Origin: Oscillospiraceae bacterium
GTDB lineage: Bacteria; Bacillota; Clostridia; Oscillospirales; Ruminococcaceae
Assembly: GCA_019420135.1 (NCBI GenBank)
Contig: JAHZHS010000003.1
Span: 1,824 to 45,344 of the forward strand
Length of the DNA stretch: 43,521 bases
Direction: 5' to 3'
Part shown: positions 18,720 to 28,553 of the stretch, in pieces
How the letters are laid out: every line of letters begins with the position of its first letter
Position numbering within the stretch: the stretch's first letter is position 1
Translations under genes and position numbers: made by a program
The notes under the pieces: generated by a model
Databases searched by the model: none
What the model saw: the letters and a program-made list of their open reading frames with translations, nothing else
Told to the model about the DNA's origin: nothing

Positions 18720-18767
18720 GCGGGGCAAGGGCAAAAACAACAGGCAACAATAACAATGGAATACAAA

Positions 18768-18813
18768 GCGGCCCCGCCGCGGGAAGAGGTTTCCTGCGGC
18801 GGGGCCGTGTTTT
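18768..18813. terminator. Probable bidirectional terminator between convergent genes
   Basis: Stem GCGGCCCCGCCGCGGGAA/TTCCTGCGGCGGGGCCGT with T/A-rich flanks. Confidence 0.8.
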
Positions 18814-20674
18814 ATGTTGTAGGGACTTCTTCTGTACTATCCAAGATTTCTTGCGCGGTGAGATCCGATGTACAACTGAACGCCCGAATCCAGTAACCAT
18901 CCACCGTGGCAGGCCGTGCCGCGTAGGAGATCACCGCGCCGTAATCAAAATCGTAGTCAGAGTAAAATACGTCGGACTGCTGCGGCAGGCCGGGATCCAT
19001 CCATTCCAGAATTTCCACACAGGCCAAAGGCTGCGTTTCCGCCTCATCCGCATAGTAGAGGGTCTGTCCGGACATGGACCCATAGGCTTGTCCGTCCCGG
19101 TATCTGGTTCCAACCAGTTCCTCCGCTCCCACCTGGATTCCACGCTCCGGGGCCATCAGCGCGAAACCATCCTGAATATAAAGGTGTGTGCCGTTGGTTA
19201 AGTAGATTCCCCAATGGGTGTCCTCCTCATCCGGTGTGGGTTCCGGCGTGGGGGTAGGTCTTGGCGTGGGGGTGGGTTCGGGCGTGGGTTCGGGGGGGGG
19301 GGTGGGAACCGGTTCCGGTTCGCCTCCCACCGGATAGATCCAGGAAAGGACGGTTTTCCATCTCTCCCCATTGACCACTTCGTCCAGGGAAACCCCCGCC
19401 GCGACCTCTGCATCGTTGATGTCCGCATTCATCTCAATCATTAAGGTTGGCTGATTTTCCGGCACAAAGGAAATTGTGTGTCCGGACATTTCCTTGCCCA
19501 CCTCAAGCAGCAGGGGATTCATGTATACATGGTAAACAATATCGTTCACCGTGACCGGCTGCAGTTCCAGGGAGGTGGATATTCCTGTGTGACCGGTGGG
19601 AGCAGCCCCGTCATAGAGCCGTGCCCATGCTTTCTGTATCTGATTCCAGTCATACAAGGTATACCGCAGGGTAAAACGGACATCCTCACCGTCTGTGCCT
19701 CTCACATAAAACTCATAGGAGGTCGTATTGATCCGTTTCAAACATTTCACCGGGATGTCCGAACCGTCTGCCAAAGTCAGCGTGCTTCCCTCAAATTCCC
19801 ACCCGGATCCGTGGGTTCCGTCCAGCATCCCCTCTGACCAGCGCAGCATCAACCCGGACCCCAGTTCCATGTCTGTTTCGGGTGCCGGCAAAATCACCGG
19901 TTCCACCTGGTCCATCATTTCCTCTGGTGTCAGGCTGTCCGTAAAGCTGTATGCCTGCAGCCACAGCCCCTCCGTGCCCACCTGCCGGGCGGCATAGGTA
20001 TGGGGCTGATCCACGCTTTCTATCAGGCTCTGGTTCCCTTGATCGGTATCTTCCTCAGGCGTGCTGCCATCCGGCAAATAAACCAGCTGAACATAATACT
20101 GAAGCTTCTGATCGGTTTTTCCACCGTATCCCAGGTACTGGTTTTCTCCCGGCGAAATATCCGCCAATCCTCTTTCGGCATTGAAAGAATAATCAATCTC
20201 CACATCCCGGTCCCGGATCAGATCGTAAAGACTGCCTTCCCGTAAACAAACGATCTGCCCATTTTCCATGGTGAGGACATAGAGATAATCCCATCCCGTC
20301 TCGGAAAGCTGTCCGTCTACCGTGATTCCCTCCCATGTGAGGGAGGTATCGGTCAAGGGTTGTGCCCGTGTAACCGGGCTCAGGTCCTCTTCCTTCAGAA
20401 ACTGGCCCATTTCTCCGGACAGAAAGTAGCCGCACTGCTCTTTGCCGCAAACCGGGCAGACCGGGCCGGCCACCGTCGTCACCAGGGTCGCCGCCACCGC
20501 CACCACGGCCACCGGCGCCGCCAGGGAAAAGGCCCGCCGGGCCGTGCTGTGCCGTCTGGTGCGGAAGGCCTGCTGCTTTTGGGCGTCGGCCTGCTCCTGC
20601 TCCGTCAGGGGACGGGGGGTGTTCCACTCGTCGGTGACCGCCGAGCGGAAATATTCATTGTCATTTGTCTGCAT
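18812..20674 (-). CDS. Hypothetical membrane-anchored acidic surface protein with a Pro/Thr linker and a duplicated domain
   Basis: 620 aa ORF with one N-terminal hydrophobic segment, CPVCGKEQC and a PTPEPTP linker. Starts 10 bp after the mscS stop. Confidence 0.8.
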   Translation of the reverse strand: MQTNDNEYFRSAVTDEWNTPRPLTEQEQADAQKQQAFRTRRHSTARRAFSLAAPVAVVAVAATLVTTVAGPVCPVCGKEQCGYFLSGEMGQFLKEEDLSPVTRAQPLTDTSLTWEGITVDGQLSETGWDYLYVLTMENGQIVCLREGSLYDLIRDRDVEIDYSFNAERGLADISPGENQYLGYGGKTDQKLQYYVQLVYLPDGSTPEEDTDQGNQSLIESVDQPHTYAARQVGTEGLWLQAYSFTDSLTPEEMMDQVEPVILPAPETDMELGSGLMLRWSEGMLDGTHGSGWEFEGSTLTLADGSDIPVKCLKRINTTSYEFYVRGTDGEDVRFTLRYTLYDWNQIQKAWARLYDGAAPTGHTGISTSLELQPVTVNDIVYHVYMNPLLLEVGKEMSGHTISFVPENQPTLMIEMNADINDAEVAAGVSLDEVVNGERWKTVLSWIYPVGGEPEPVPTPPPEPTPEPTPTPRPTPTPEPTPDEEDTHWGIYLTNGTHLYIQDGFALMAPERGIQVGAEELVGTRYRDGQAYGSMSGQTLYYADEAETQPLACVEILEWMDPGLPQQSDVFYSDYDFDYGAVISYAARPATVDGYWIRAFSCTSDLTAQEILDSTEEVPTT

Positions 20675-20683
20675 AGGCCGGTT

Positions 20684-21658
20684 TTACCCCCGCTCCACCA
20701 CAATGCGGTTGTACGGGCAGCCCATGCCGTATCTCTCCATGCCGGTCTTGAGGTCCTCCCGCAGCCAGCGCTCGGCGGCAAAGCGGTTGTTCTCGTCCAC
20801 CGTGGCAACGATGCGCAGCACCACCGCGCTGTCCGCCAGCTGCTGTACCCCCAGCAGGGTGGGCGTCTCGTGGAAAATGTCCTCGTGATCCTTCACAAAG
20901 GCGGGCAGCAGGTCCTCCTCCAGGGCTTTGCGGGCTGCCTTCAGGTCGGCCTCGTAGGGGATGGGCAGGTCGCACACCGCCGTGCTGCCCCGCTGGGACA
21001 GGTTGGTCAGGTTGCGGATGTCGCTGTTGTTGAGCACCTTGATGTTGTCGCCGCCGTCCCGCAGGCAGGTGGTGCGGATGCCGATGCTGTCCACCGTGCC
21101 CCGGAAGCCGCCCACCTCGATGACGTCCCCCACGTTGTATTCGTTCTCAAAAATCATGAAGATGCCGGTCACCACGTCGGCAATGAGGCTCTCGGCGCCG
21201 AAGCCCAGCACCAGGGCGACCACTCCGACGCCGGCAAGCATGGTGGCAACGTCCACGCCCAGGATGCTCAGGCCCCAGAAAATGCCCACCAGCACCAGCA
21301 CATAGCTCTGGGCGCTGCGGAACAGGGTCATCAGGGTGCTGACCCGGCCGCTTTTGGGATTGCAGCGGGTGAGGATCTCCGCCAGAACCAGATGCACCAG
21401 CCGCAGCACCAGAATCATGATGAGGAGCTGGATCACCGCCACCCAGTCAAAGCGCAGGACGCCGGAGATCTGGGTCACATCCCCCAGCAGGCTGCTCACC
21501 GCGCCGGTGAGCGTTGCCTTGGCCGAGGCGGGCAGGAAGGGAATCAGCCCGGGATTGGTCAGAAACAGGATCACCAGAATCCAGACGACATACTTGACGG
21601 CACGGCGGACGGTATTGTTTCCGCTGTGCACCGGGGAGGTGGTTTCTTTCTTTTCCAT
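20684..21658 (-). CDS. mscS: Small-conductance mechanosensitive channel family protein
   Basis: AGVGVVALVLGFGAESLIADVVTGIF, YNVGDVI, GTVDSIGIRTT. Confidence 0.92.
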   Translation of the reverse strand: MEKKETTSPVHSGNNTVRRAVKYVVWILVILFLTNPGLIPFLPASAKATLTGAVSSLLGDVTQISGVLRFDWVAVIQLLIMILVLRLVHLVLAEILTRCNPKSGRVSTLMTLFRSAQSYVLVLVGIFWGLSILGVDVATMLAGVGVVALVLGFGAESLIADVVTGIFMIFENEYNVGDVIEVGGFRGTVDSIGIRTTCLRDGGDNIKVLNNSDIRNLTNLSQRGSTAVCDLPIPYEADLKAARKALEEDLLPAFVKDHEDIFHETPTLLGVQQLADSAVVLRIVATVDENNRFAAERWLREDLKTGMERYGMGCPYNRIVVERG

Positions 21659-21951
21659 CTTGTGGTCACGTCCTTCTCACAGTTTCAAAGCGCCGGTCCC
21701 GGAACGCTGTCACAGGCTCCGCAATCTCCCGTCCCCGGGACCGCCTTTGTTACCGTTATAACATATCGGGCGGGTGTTTACAACTGAAACACAGCGCCAC
21801 ACATTTTGTGCGCTTTTCGCCTTTCCGGGAAGCGTTCTCGCTATCTATCGTTCGGCGCGCCGCCATGCCACGGGAGAGGGGATTTCCCCGTTTTTTACGG
21901 AAAAGTCTGTCCGTCAGGGGTTCAAATTTGTCCTGTCTTTGCGGCATTTCC

Positions 21952-22004
21952 GCAAGGTTTTTTCAAGGTTCCTGTAACAAATTGGATACATCTGTCGTTA
22001 TAAT
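21952..22004 (+). promoter_or_regulatory. Promoter of the two-component operon with 11-bp-periodic direct repeats
   Basis: GCAAGG, TCAAGG, GTAACA and GATACA at 21952, 21963, 21974 and 21985, then TATAAT at 21999. Confidence 0.55.
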
Positions 22005-22087
22005 AATTAGTATGCGGCATTGCAGTCCGTCCCCCACGGACCGCCGCATGGGTGAAAATGAAAGAGGAATGAGGCGAATACACCCCT

Positions 22088-22744
22088 ATGGCAAGCATAT
22101 TGATTGCGGAGGATGCCCCGGCCATCAACAACCTGATGGCCGCCAACCTGCGTCTGGTCGGCCACAGCTGCGACCAGGCCTTTACCGGCGATCAGGCGCT
22201 GGAAATGGCAGCGCAGAAAACCTATGACCTGGTTCTGCTGGACGTGATGCTCCCCGGCGTAGACGGTTTTGCCGTCAAGAGCCGCCTGCAGCCCGACCAG
22301 CCGGTGATTTTTGTGACGGCCAAGACCTCCCTGGACGACAAGCTCCACGGGCTGGGTCTGGGGGCCGAGGATTACATCGTCAAACCCTTTGAGGTGCTGG
22401 AACTGCTGGCCCGGGTGGACACGGTTCTGCGGCGGACCAGCCGCAACGCCACCTGCTTTGAGTTCCGGGACCTGAAAATTGATCTCAGCGCCCGGCAGGT
22501 GCTGCGGGCGGGGGTGCCCGTCACCCTGACGCCCCAGGAGTTTGCCCTGCTGGAAGCGCTGGTGGTCAACCGCAACCTGGCCCTCAGCCGGGAAAAGCTG
22601 CTGGCCCTGGCCTGGGGCTACGACTACGAGGGGGAGACCCGCACCGTGGATGTGCACATCCAGCGCCTGCGCAAAAAGCTGGGGCTGGAAAAGGAGATCC
22701 AGACGGTGTTCAAGGTGGGCTACCGGCTGAACACCCGGGGCTGA
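22088..22744 (+). CDS. OmpR/PhoB-family response regulator
   Basis: IAED, LLDVMLP, DYIVKPF, winged-helix RTVDVHIQRLRKK and GYR. Confidence 0.97.
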   Translation: MASILIAEDAPAINNLMAANLRLVGHSCDQAFTGDQALEMAAQKTYDLVLLDVMLPGVDGFAVKSRLQPDQPVIFVTAKTSLDDKLHGLGLGAEDYIVKPFEVLELLARVDTVLRRTSRNATCFEFRDLKIDLSARQVLRAGVPVTLTPQEFALLEALVVNRNLALSREKLLALAWGYDYEGETRTVDVHIQRLRKKLGLEKEIQTVFKVGYRLNTRG

Positions 22745-22777
22745 CCCATCCACCAACCTACAAAGGAGGGGACCGGA

Positions 22778-24250
22778 ATGCAGAAGCTTCGGCTGCGGAC
22801 CCCGCATTTCTGGCAGGCGATCTATCTGGCCACCCTGGTCCTGTTTCTTGTCTGCCTGTTCGGCGGCGTGCTGGGGGTGGCCACCATCAGCTGCCGCCTG
22901 AGTTTTGACGCCCGCTGCGACGAGTTTCTCGCCCGGCAGCGCACCTTTGTCCAGCGCCTGTCCGAGGACGTGCCCGCCGTGGCGGGAAACCGTCCCGCGG
23001 CGCTGGATTCTTTGTACGTCTACCACGCCATGCAGGCCAACAGCGACGGCATGCGGGTGAGCATCCGCTTAAACGGCGAGACCTGCTACTCCGACCTGCC
23101 GGTGGACGATGATCTCCTGCCCGAGCTGACCACCCTCCAGCCGGGGCAGCGCAGCTGGCAGGTGCGGCAGGTCATGGGCCGCCACCTGATCTTTGCCACC
23201 ACCTCCATGAGCGGGTCGATGGAGGGCTACGTCATCACCGCCTGCGCCGACATGGAGGACTTCTTCCGGGACTGGCGGCGGACGGCGCTGCTGTTCACCC
23301 TGCTGTGCGCGGCGGTGAGCGTGCTGTTTGCGGCGGGGCTGTACGCCGTGCTGCGGCGGATGAACCGCCCGCTCCAAAACCTCACCGAGACCGCCCGGCT
23401 GGTGGCGGCAGGGGACTACACCGCCCGCACCCCGGTGGCCCACACCCGCCGGGACGAGCTGGGGGAGCTGGGCCGCACCCTCAACGACATGACCGCCCGG
23501 GTGCAGGACCAGCTGGCCCAGCTGGCCGCCGAGGCCGACGGCAAGCAGGCGTTGGTGGACGACCTCTCCCACGAGATGCGCACCCCCCTCACCGCCATCG
23601 GGGGCTATGCCCAGACCATCCGTCTGGCCGACCTGCGGGGGGAGGAGCTGATGCAGGCCGCCGAGTCCATCGAGTTTGAGAGCCGCCGCCTGCTCAATCT
23701 GTCGGAGCAGCTTTTGCGGCTGTCGGTACTCAACCACGAGCCGCCGGAGTTTCACGACGTCCCCGCCGGGGAGCTCATGGGCCGGGTGCTGGACGCCGTG
23801 GGCCCCAAGGCCGCCGCCCGGGAGGTGGCGCTGGAGGCCGTCCCCGACCCGGAGACGGTCACTACCCCCGTCTCCTGCCAGCCCGACCTCATGGAGAGCC
23901 TGCTGGTCAACCTGTGCGACAACGGGGTCAAGGCCTGCGCGCCGGGGGGCCGGGTGGTGCTGACCTTTGCCGCCGAAGGCTGCCGGGCGGCCTTCACGGT
24001 GCAGGACAACGGCCGGGGCATGGACGCCGCCACCCTCACCCGCATCGGTCGGCCCTTCTACCGCGCCGACAAGGCCCGCAGCCGGGCGGAGGGCGGCGCC
24101 GGGCTGGGGGTGTCCATCTGCTATGCCATCGCCCGGGCCCACGGGGCGGAGCTGACCTACCGCAGCAAGCCGGGGCAGGGGACCACCGCCACCCTGCGGC
24201 TGGCACCCCACCTTTTACAAACCCGCAACACCTCCGAAACAGCCCGGTGA
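22778..24250 (+). CDS. HAMP-domain sensor histidine kinase
   Basis: Two TM helices, HAMP, SHEMRTPLT, NLCDNG, DNGRG, FYRADKAR, GAGLG. Confidence 0.96.
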   Translation: MQKLRLRTPHFWQAIYLATLVLFLVCLFGGVLGVATISCRLSFDARCDEFLARQRTFVQRLSEDVPAVAGNRPAALDSLYVYHAMQANSDGMRVSIRLNGETCYSDLPVDDDLLPELTTLQPGQRSWQVRQVMGRHLIFATTSMSGSMEGYVITACADMEDFFRDWRRTALLFTLLCAAVSVLFAAGLYAVLRRMNRPLQNLTETARLVAAGDYTARTPVAHTRRDELGELGRTLNDMTARVQDQLAQLAAEADGKQALVDDLSHEMRTPLTAIGGYAQTIRLADLRGEELMQAAESIEFESRRLLNLSEQLLRLSVLNHEPPEFHDVPAGELMGRVLDAVGPKAAAREVALEAVPDPETVTTPVSCQPDLMESLLVNLCDNGVKACAPGGRVVLTFAAEGCRAAFTVQDNGRGMDAATLTRIGRPFYRADKARSRAEGGAGLGVSICYAIARAHGAELTYRSKPGQGTTATLRLAPHLLQTRNTSETAR

Positions 24251-24299
24251 CTCCCCCGTGCTAGGATGAAGCCATCAAACTGAGGAAGGAGCATTCGCC

Positions 24300-25538
24300 G
24301 TGCTGCATTGCAAAGCATTCTGCCGCCGTGGAGCCGGGCTGGTCCTGGCGGCGGCCCTGGCCCTCACCGGCTGCACCGCCGGGCTGGGCAGCGACCCCAC
24401 CGTGGAGACCGACCCCGCCGCCACCCCCGAGGCCGCCCCGGTGCTGGTGCCGGAAAATCAGGAGGACGTGACCTATACCTGGATGGGGGACATGACCGAG
24501 GAGGACGGCCTCTCCGAGGGAGTCATGAGCGCCATTCTGGAGCCCACCGGCCCCCAGATGGACAGGCAGACCGCCGCCAACAACGCCGCCTCCCTGCTGG
24601 CCAGTGCGGGCTATTCCCCCGAGACGCTGGAGGACCCCGATGCCCAGCTGGTGCTGGGGCTGTTCTCCCGGCAGTATCTCACCTCCGTGGTAGATACCAT
24701 GTCCTACGGCAGCTACGACCAGCTGTGGCCGGATGTGGACGCCCTCTATGTGGCCACCTACATTGTAAGCGACGGGCCCTACTCGGTGGGGTGCATGTTC
24801 GACGCCATCACCGGCAAGGCCTATCTGATCACCTGCAGCCTGTTCACTGGCCTGTCCAACAATCCCTTCTATCCCCACAATACCCAGCTGGAGGATATCG
24901 CCGCCCAGATGACCAACCTGAGCCAGGAGACGCTGGACCTGGTGGAACCTGCCTATGAAGCGGCGGTGACCGCCGCCAACGCCATCGACCCCGCCGCCTT
25001 TGTGGAGCAGCTCATGCCCCAGCTGGGCTGGCAGGTGGAAACGATGGATTCCTGCACCAGCTCCCCCTGGCCGGACACCTTTGCCCAGTACTGGAAGCAG
25101 AGCATGGGTGGGCGGCTGAACTGGCAGTGGCTGGACGATCTGCGCTTCACCACCCAGGACGGCAGCCGCTGGGTGGCCTGCTACGACACGGCCTACGACC
25201 GTCTGCTGACCCTGGTCTGCCTGGGACAGGAGGGTTCCGTCCCGGAGGGCTATGTCATGGAACGGAACTACGGCCGGTATCAGCTGACCGAGGGTGCCCC
25301 CGTGCCCGGGGACAGCTCCAGCAGTTATCTGCTTCAGGGTTCCGACGGGGTCTGGTATCCTGTGACTTTCCTGAACGGGGACGACTACGACGCCTTTTTG
25401 CAGGACACCGACTTCCACGCCGCCAATTATCTGGACACCATGGGCTGGCTGGCCCCCGGGGAGGAGTATTATTCCTACATTCCTCTGTCCGACGGGTTCC
25501 CCCTGGCCTCCGGCGAAACCACCGAGGCCGCCGGGTAA
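24300..25538 (+). CDS. Hypothetical acidic lipoprotein
   Basis: Signal peptide with lipobox LTG-C. GTG start after AAGGAG. Confidence 0.8.
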   Translation: MLHCKAFCRRGAGLVLAAALALTGCTAGLGSDPTVETDPAATPEAAPVLVPENQEDVTYTWMGDMTEEDGLSEGVMSAILEPTGPQMDRQTAANNAASLLASAGYSPETLEDPDAQLVLGLFSRQYLTSVVDTMSYGSYDQLWPDVDALYVATYIVSDGPYSVGCMFDAITGKAYLITCSLFTGLSNNPFYPHNTQLEDIAAQMTNLSQETLDLVEPAYEAAVTAANAIDPAAFVEQLMPQLGWQVETMDSCTSSPWPDTFAQYWKQSMGGRLNWQWLDDLRFTTQDGSRWVACYDTAYDRLLTLVCLGQEGSVPEGYVMERNYGRYQLTEGAPVPGDSSSSYLLQGSDGVWYPVTFLNGDDYDAFLQDTDFHAANYLDTMGWLAPGEEYYSYIPLSDGFPLASGETTEAAG

Positions 25539-25603
25539 GGCGGGCACTGTTTTCCCTCCGCCCGCCGTCCGGCCTCCGTCCCAACGCTTCTGTCCAAATT
25601 TCC

Positions 25604-25636
25604 AGCGCTCCGCCCTTTCCGGGCGGGGCGTTTTTT
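25604..25636 (+). terminator. Intrinsic terminator
   Basis: GCGCTCCGCCC/GGGCGGGGCGT stem plus T run. Confidence 0.8.
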
Positions 25637-25778
25637 GTGTGGGGGCAGCGGGTGGGAGGATGTGGGGACATGTGCGCTTTTGTGCCGGGGAGGTTGCTTT
25701 TTTGGGCGGGGGCGGGTATGATGAGACATAGGTAATGTACTGCCCGCCGTGGCATCCATGAAAGGAGCGTTGTCTCAC

Positions 25779-26921
25779 TTGCGCAAGATCATCCTGATCC
25801 CCGATTCCTTCAAAGGGTCGCTGTCCTCCACCGAGGTATGCGCCATTCTGGGGGAGGTATTTTCCCAACATTTTCCCGATGCCGAGCTGGTGCGGGTGCC
25901 CCTGGCCGACGGGGGCGAGGGCAGCGCGGCTGCCTTTCTGGCCGCGGCGGGGGGCGAGATGCGCACCGTCCGGGTGCAGGGCCCCTACGGCGAGGAAGTC
26001 CGCGCCTCCTACGCCTTATTGCCCGGGAAACACACCGCCGTCATTGAGATGGCGGCCTGTGCGGGGCTGCCCCTGGCCCAGGCGGCGGGACGGCTGGAAC
26101 CGGGGCGGGCCTCCACCTACGGCGTGGGCCAGATGATCCTGGACGCCTTGCAGATCGGCTGCCGGGAGATCCTCCTCTGTCTGGGAGGCAGCGCCACCAA
26201 CGACGGCGGCGCGGGCTGTGCGGCGGCTCTGGGGGTGCGGTTTCTCGATTCCAGCGGCCGCAGCTTTGTGCCGGTGGGGGATACCCTGCAGAACATCGCC
26301 CACATCGACCTGCTGGGCCGGGCTCCGGTGCTGGCCGGGGCCAATCTGAAAGTATTGTGCGACATCAAGAACCCCCTCTGCGGGCCGCAGGGCGCTGCGG
26401 CGGTCTTTGGCCCCCAGAAGGGCGCCACCCCCGAGGACGTGCTGCGGCTGGACGCGGGCCTTGCCCATCTGGCCGCCGTGGCCGAGGCCGACCTGGGCCT
26501 GGAGGTGACCAACCTCCCCGGGGCAGGAGCCGCGGGGGGCATGGGGGCCGGGGCCGTGGCCTTTCTGGGGGCCAGCCTCTGTCCCGGCATCGAAATGCTG
26601 CTGGATCTGGTGGGCTTTGACCGTCTTCTGGAGGGCGCCGACCTGGTGCTCACCGGGGAGGGCTCCATCGACGGCCAGACCGCCCAGGGCAAGGTGATCG
26701 CCGGAGTGGCCCGCCGGGCCAAGGCCGCCGGGGTGCCGGTGATCGCCTTCGGGGGCGTCATCGGGGAGGGGGCATGGGCCCTCTACGACATGGGGGTCAC
26801 CGCCATGGTGGCCGCCGACCGCGCCGCCCTGCCCTTTGCCCAGGCAGCGCCCCGGGCCGCCGCCGACCTGCGCCGCGCCGCCGAGGACGCCTGCCGCCTC
26901 ATGACTCTGGGGCTTTCCTGA
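25779..26921 (+). CDS. glxK: Glycerate kinase (GlxK/GarK family)
   Basis: PDSFKGSL, PLADGGEG, GGSATNDGG, FGPQKGA, GAGAAGG, TGEG..D.Q...GK. Start codon (TTG) uncertain. Confidence 0.93.
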   Translation: MRKIILIPDSFKGSLSSTEVCAILGEVFSQHFPDAELVRVPLADGGEGSAAAFLAAAGGEMRTVRVQGPYGEEVRASYALLPGKHTAVIEMAACAGLPLAQAAGRLEPGRASTYGVGQMILDALQIGCREILLCLGGSATNDGGAGCAAALGVRFLDSSGRSFVPVGDTLQNIAHIDLLGRAPVLAGANLKVLCDIKNPLCGPQGAAAVFGPQKGATPEDVLRLDAGLAHLAAVAEADLGLEVTNLPGAGAAGGMGAGAVAFLGASLCPGIEMLLDLVGFDRLLEGADLVLTGEGSIDGQTAQGKVIAGVARRAKAAGVPVIAFGGVIGEGAWALYDMGVTAMVAADRAALPFAQAAPRAAADLRRAAEDACRLMTLGLS

Positions 26922-27170
26922 GGGCGGGGGAGGGCCCGGTCAGCCGGGTCTGTCCGGAATCCTTTGCAGAAATTTCCTTCCGGGGGATGGTTGCATCCCG
27001 CCGGGACGGATGCTATACTGTTTGCGCCGAGCCTGCGGGGACCATCCTGTCCCGGCAGGCTTTTTTGTGCGGGGCGGGCAGGCCGGGGGAAAATTCTTGG
27101 CCCGGCGTATCCCGTCCGTATTATCTTTCCTTTGTATTATACAATCTGTATAGAGAGGTTTGGGATCGTT

Positions 27171-28553
27171 ATGAAAAGCGGCAGACAGGATCTGGGCAAA
27201 GGGTCCATCCCAAAACTGGTGCTGGGTCTGGCGGTGCCCGCCATGATCGCCCAGTTCGTCAACGTGCTGTACAGTCTCATCGACCGTGTCTACATCGGCA
27301 ACATCCCCTTGGTGGGGGATCTGGCCCTGGCGGGCGTGGGGGTCTGCGGGCCCATCGTCACCCTGCTCAGCAGCTTCGGCACCCTGGTGGGGCTGGGCGG
27401 CTCCATCCTCATGGCCATCCGCATGGGGGAGGGCAACACCAACGCCGCCCGCAAGGTGCTGGCCAACTGTTTCCTCATGCTGGTGGGGCTGGCTGTCCTG
27501 CTCACCGCCGGGTTTCTCCTCTGCCGGGAACCCCTGCTCCGCTGCTTCGGCGCCAGCGACGCCACCTTCCCCTATGCCGACACCTACATGACCATCTACA
27601 CGGCGGGCACCTTCTTTGCCCTCATGGCGGTGGGGCTCAACTACTTCATCACCTGCCAGGGATACAGCACCGTGGGCATGGCTGCTGTCCTCATCGGCGC
27701 CGTGGCAAACATCGTCCTCGACCCGGTGTTCATCTTCGCCCTGAACATGGGGGTGGCCGGCGCCGCTGTGGCTACCGTCCTCTCCCAGTTTTTCAGCTGC
27801 GCGTTCAGCCTCTGGTTTCTCTTCCGCAAACCGCCCATCCGCATCGGTCTGGGCCGCCCCGATCTCTCCCTCATGCTGCGGGTGGCGGGAATGGGCTTCC
27901 CCCCCTTCCTCATCCTGGCCACCGACAGCATCATCCTCATCGCCATGAACGCCGTCCTCCAGTATTACGGCGGCCCCACCCAGGGCGATACCCTCATCGC
28001 CTGCGCCACCATCGTCCAGAGCTGCATGGCCCTCATCACCGGGCCCATGCTGGGCATCAGCAGCGGCACCCAGGCCATCCTCAGCTACAACTACGGCGCC
28101 TGCCAGAGTGACCGCGTCCGCCAGGCCGCCCGCTGCGTGCTGCGCATGTGCCTGGCTTTCACCGTCGTCATGTTCGCCCTGTTCCAGCTGCTGGCCGGGC
28201 AGATCGTCCGCATCTTCACCTCCGATGCCGCCCTGCTGGACCTGTCCGCCTGGGGACTGCGGGTCTTTACCCTGGGCATCATCCCCCTGGCCGTCCAGTA
28301 CGCCCGGGTGGACGGCCTCACCGCCCTGGCCCGCACCCGCACCTCCCTGGCCCTCTCCCTCTTCCGCAAGGGGGGCTTTGTGCTGCTGACCCTGGTATTG
28401 CCCGCCCTGTTCGGGGCACAGGCTGCCTTCTACGCCGAGCCCCTGGCCGACGTCATCTCCGCCTGTGTCAGCGGCGTCGTCTTTGTGCTGGTCTTCGAGC
28501 CCCAGCTGGCCCGCCGGGAATTCCACGGCACCGGCCATCTGCCGGGAGAATAG
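27171..28553 (+). CDS. MATE family efflux transporter
   Basis: LAVPAMIAQFVNVLYSLIDRVYIG, NIVLDPVFIF, MGVAGAAVATV. Confidence 0.95.
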   Translation: MKSGRQDLGKGSIPKLVLGLAVPAMIAQFVNVLYSLIDRVYIGNIPLVGDLALAGVGVCGPIVTLLSSFGTLVGLGGSILMAIRMGEGNTNAARKVLANCFLMLVGLAVLLTAGFLLCREPLLRCFGASDATFPYADTYMTIYTAGTFFALMAVGLNYFITCQGYSTVGMAAVLIGAVANIVLDPVFIFALNMGVAGAAVATVLSQFFSCAFSLWFLFRKPPIRIGLGRPDLSLMLRVAGMGFPPFLILATDSIILIAMNAVLQYYGGPTQGDTLIACATIVQSCMALITGPMLGISSGTQAILSYNYGACQSDRVRQAARCVLRMCLAFTVVMFALFQLLAGQIVRIFTSDAALLDLSAWGLRVFTLGIIPLAVQYARVDGLTALARTRTSLALSLFRKGGFVLLTLVLPALFGAQAAFYAEPLADVISACVSGVVFVLVFEPQLARREFHGTGHLPGE

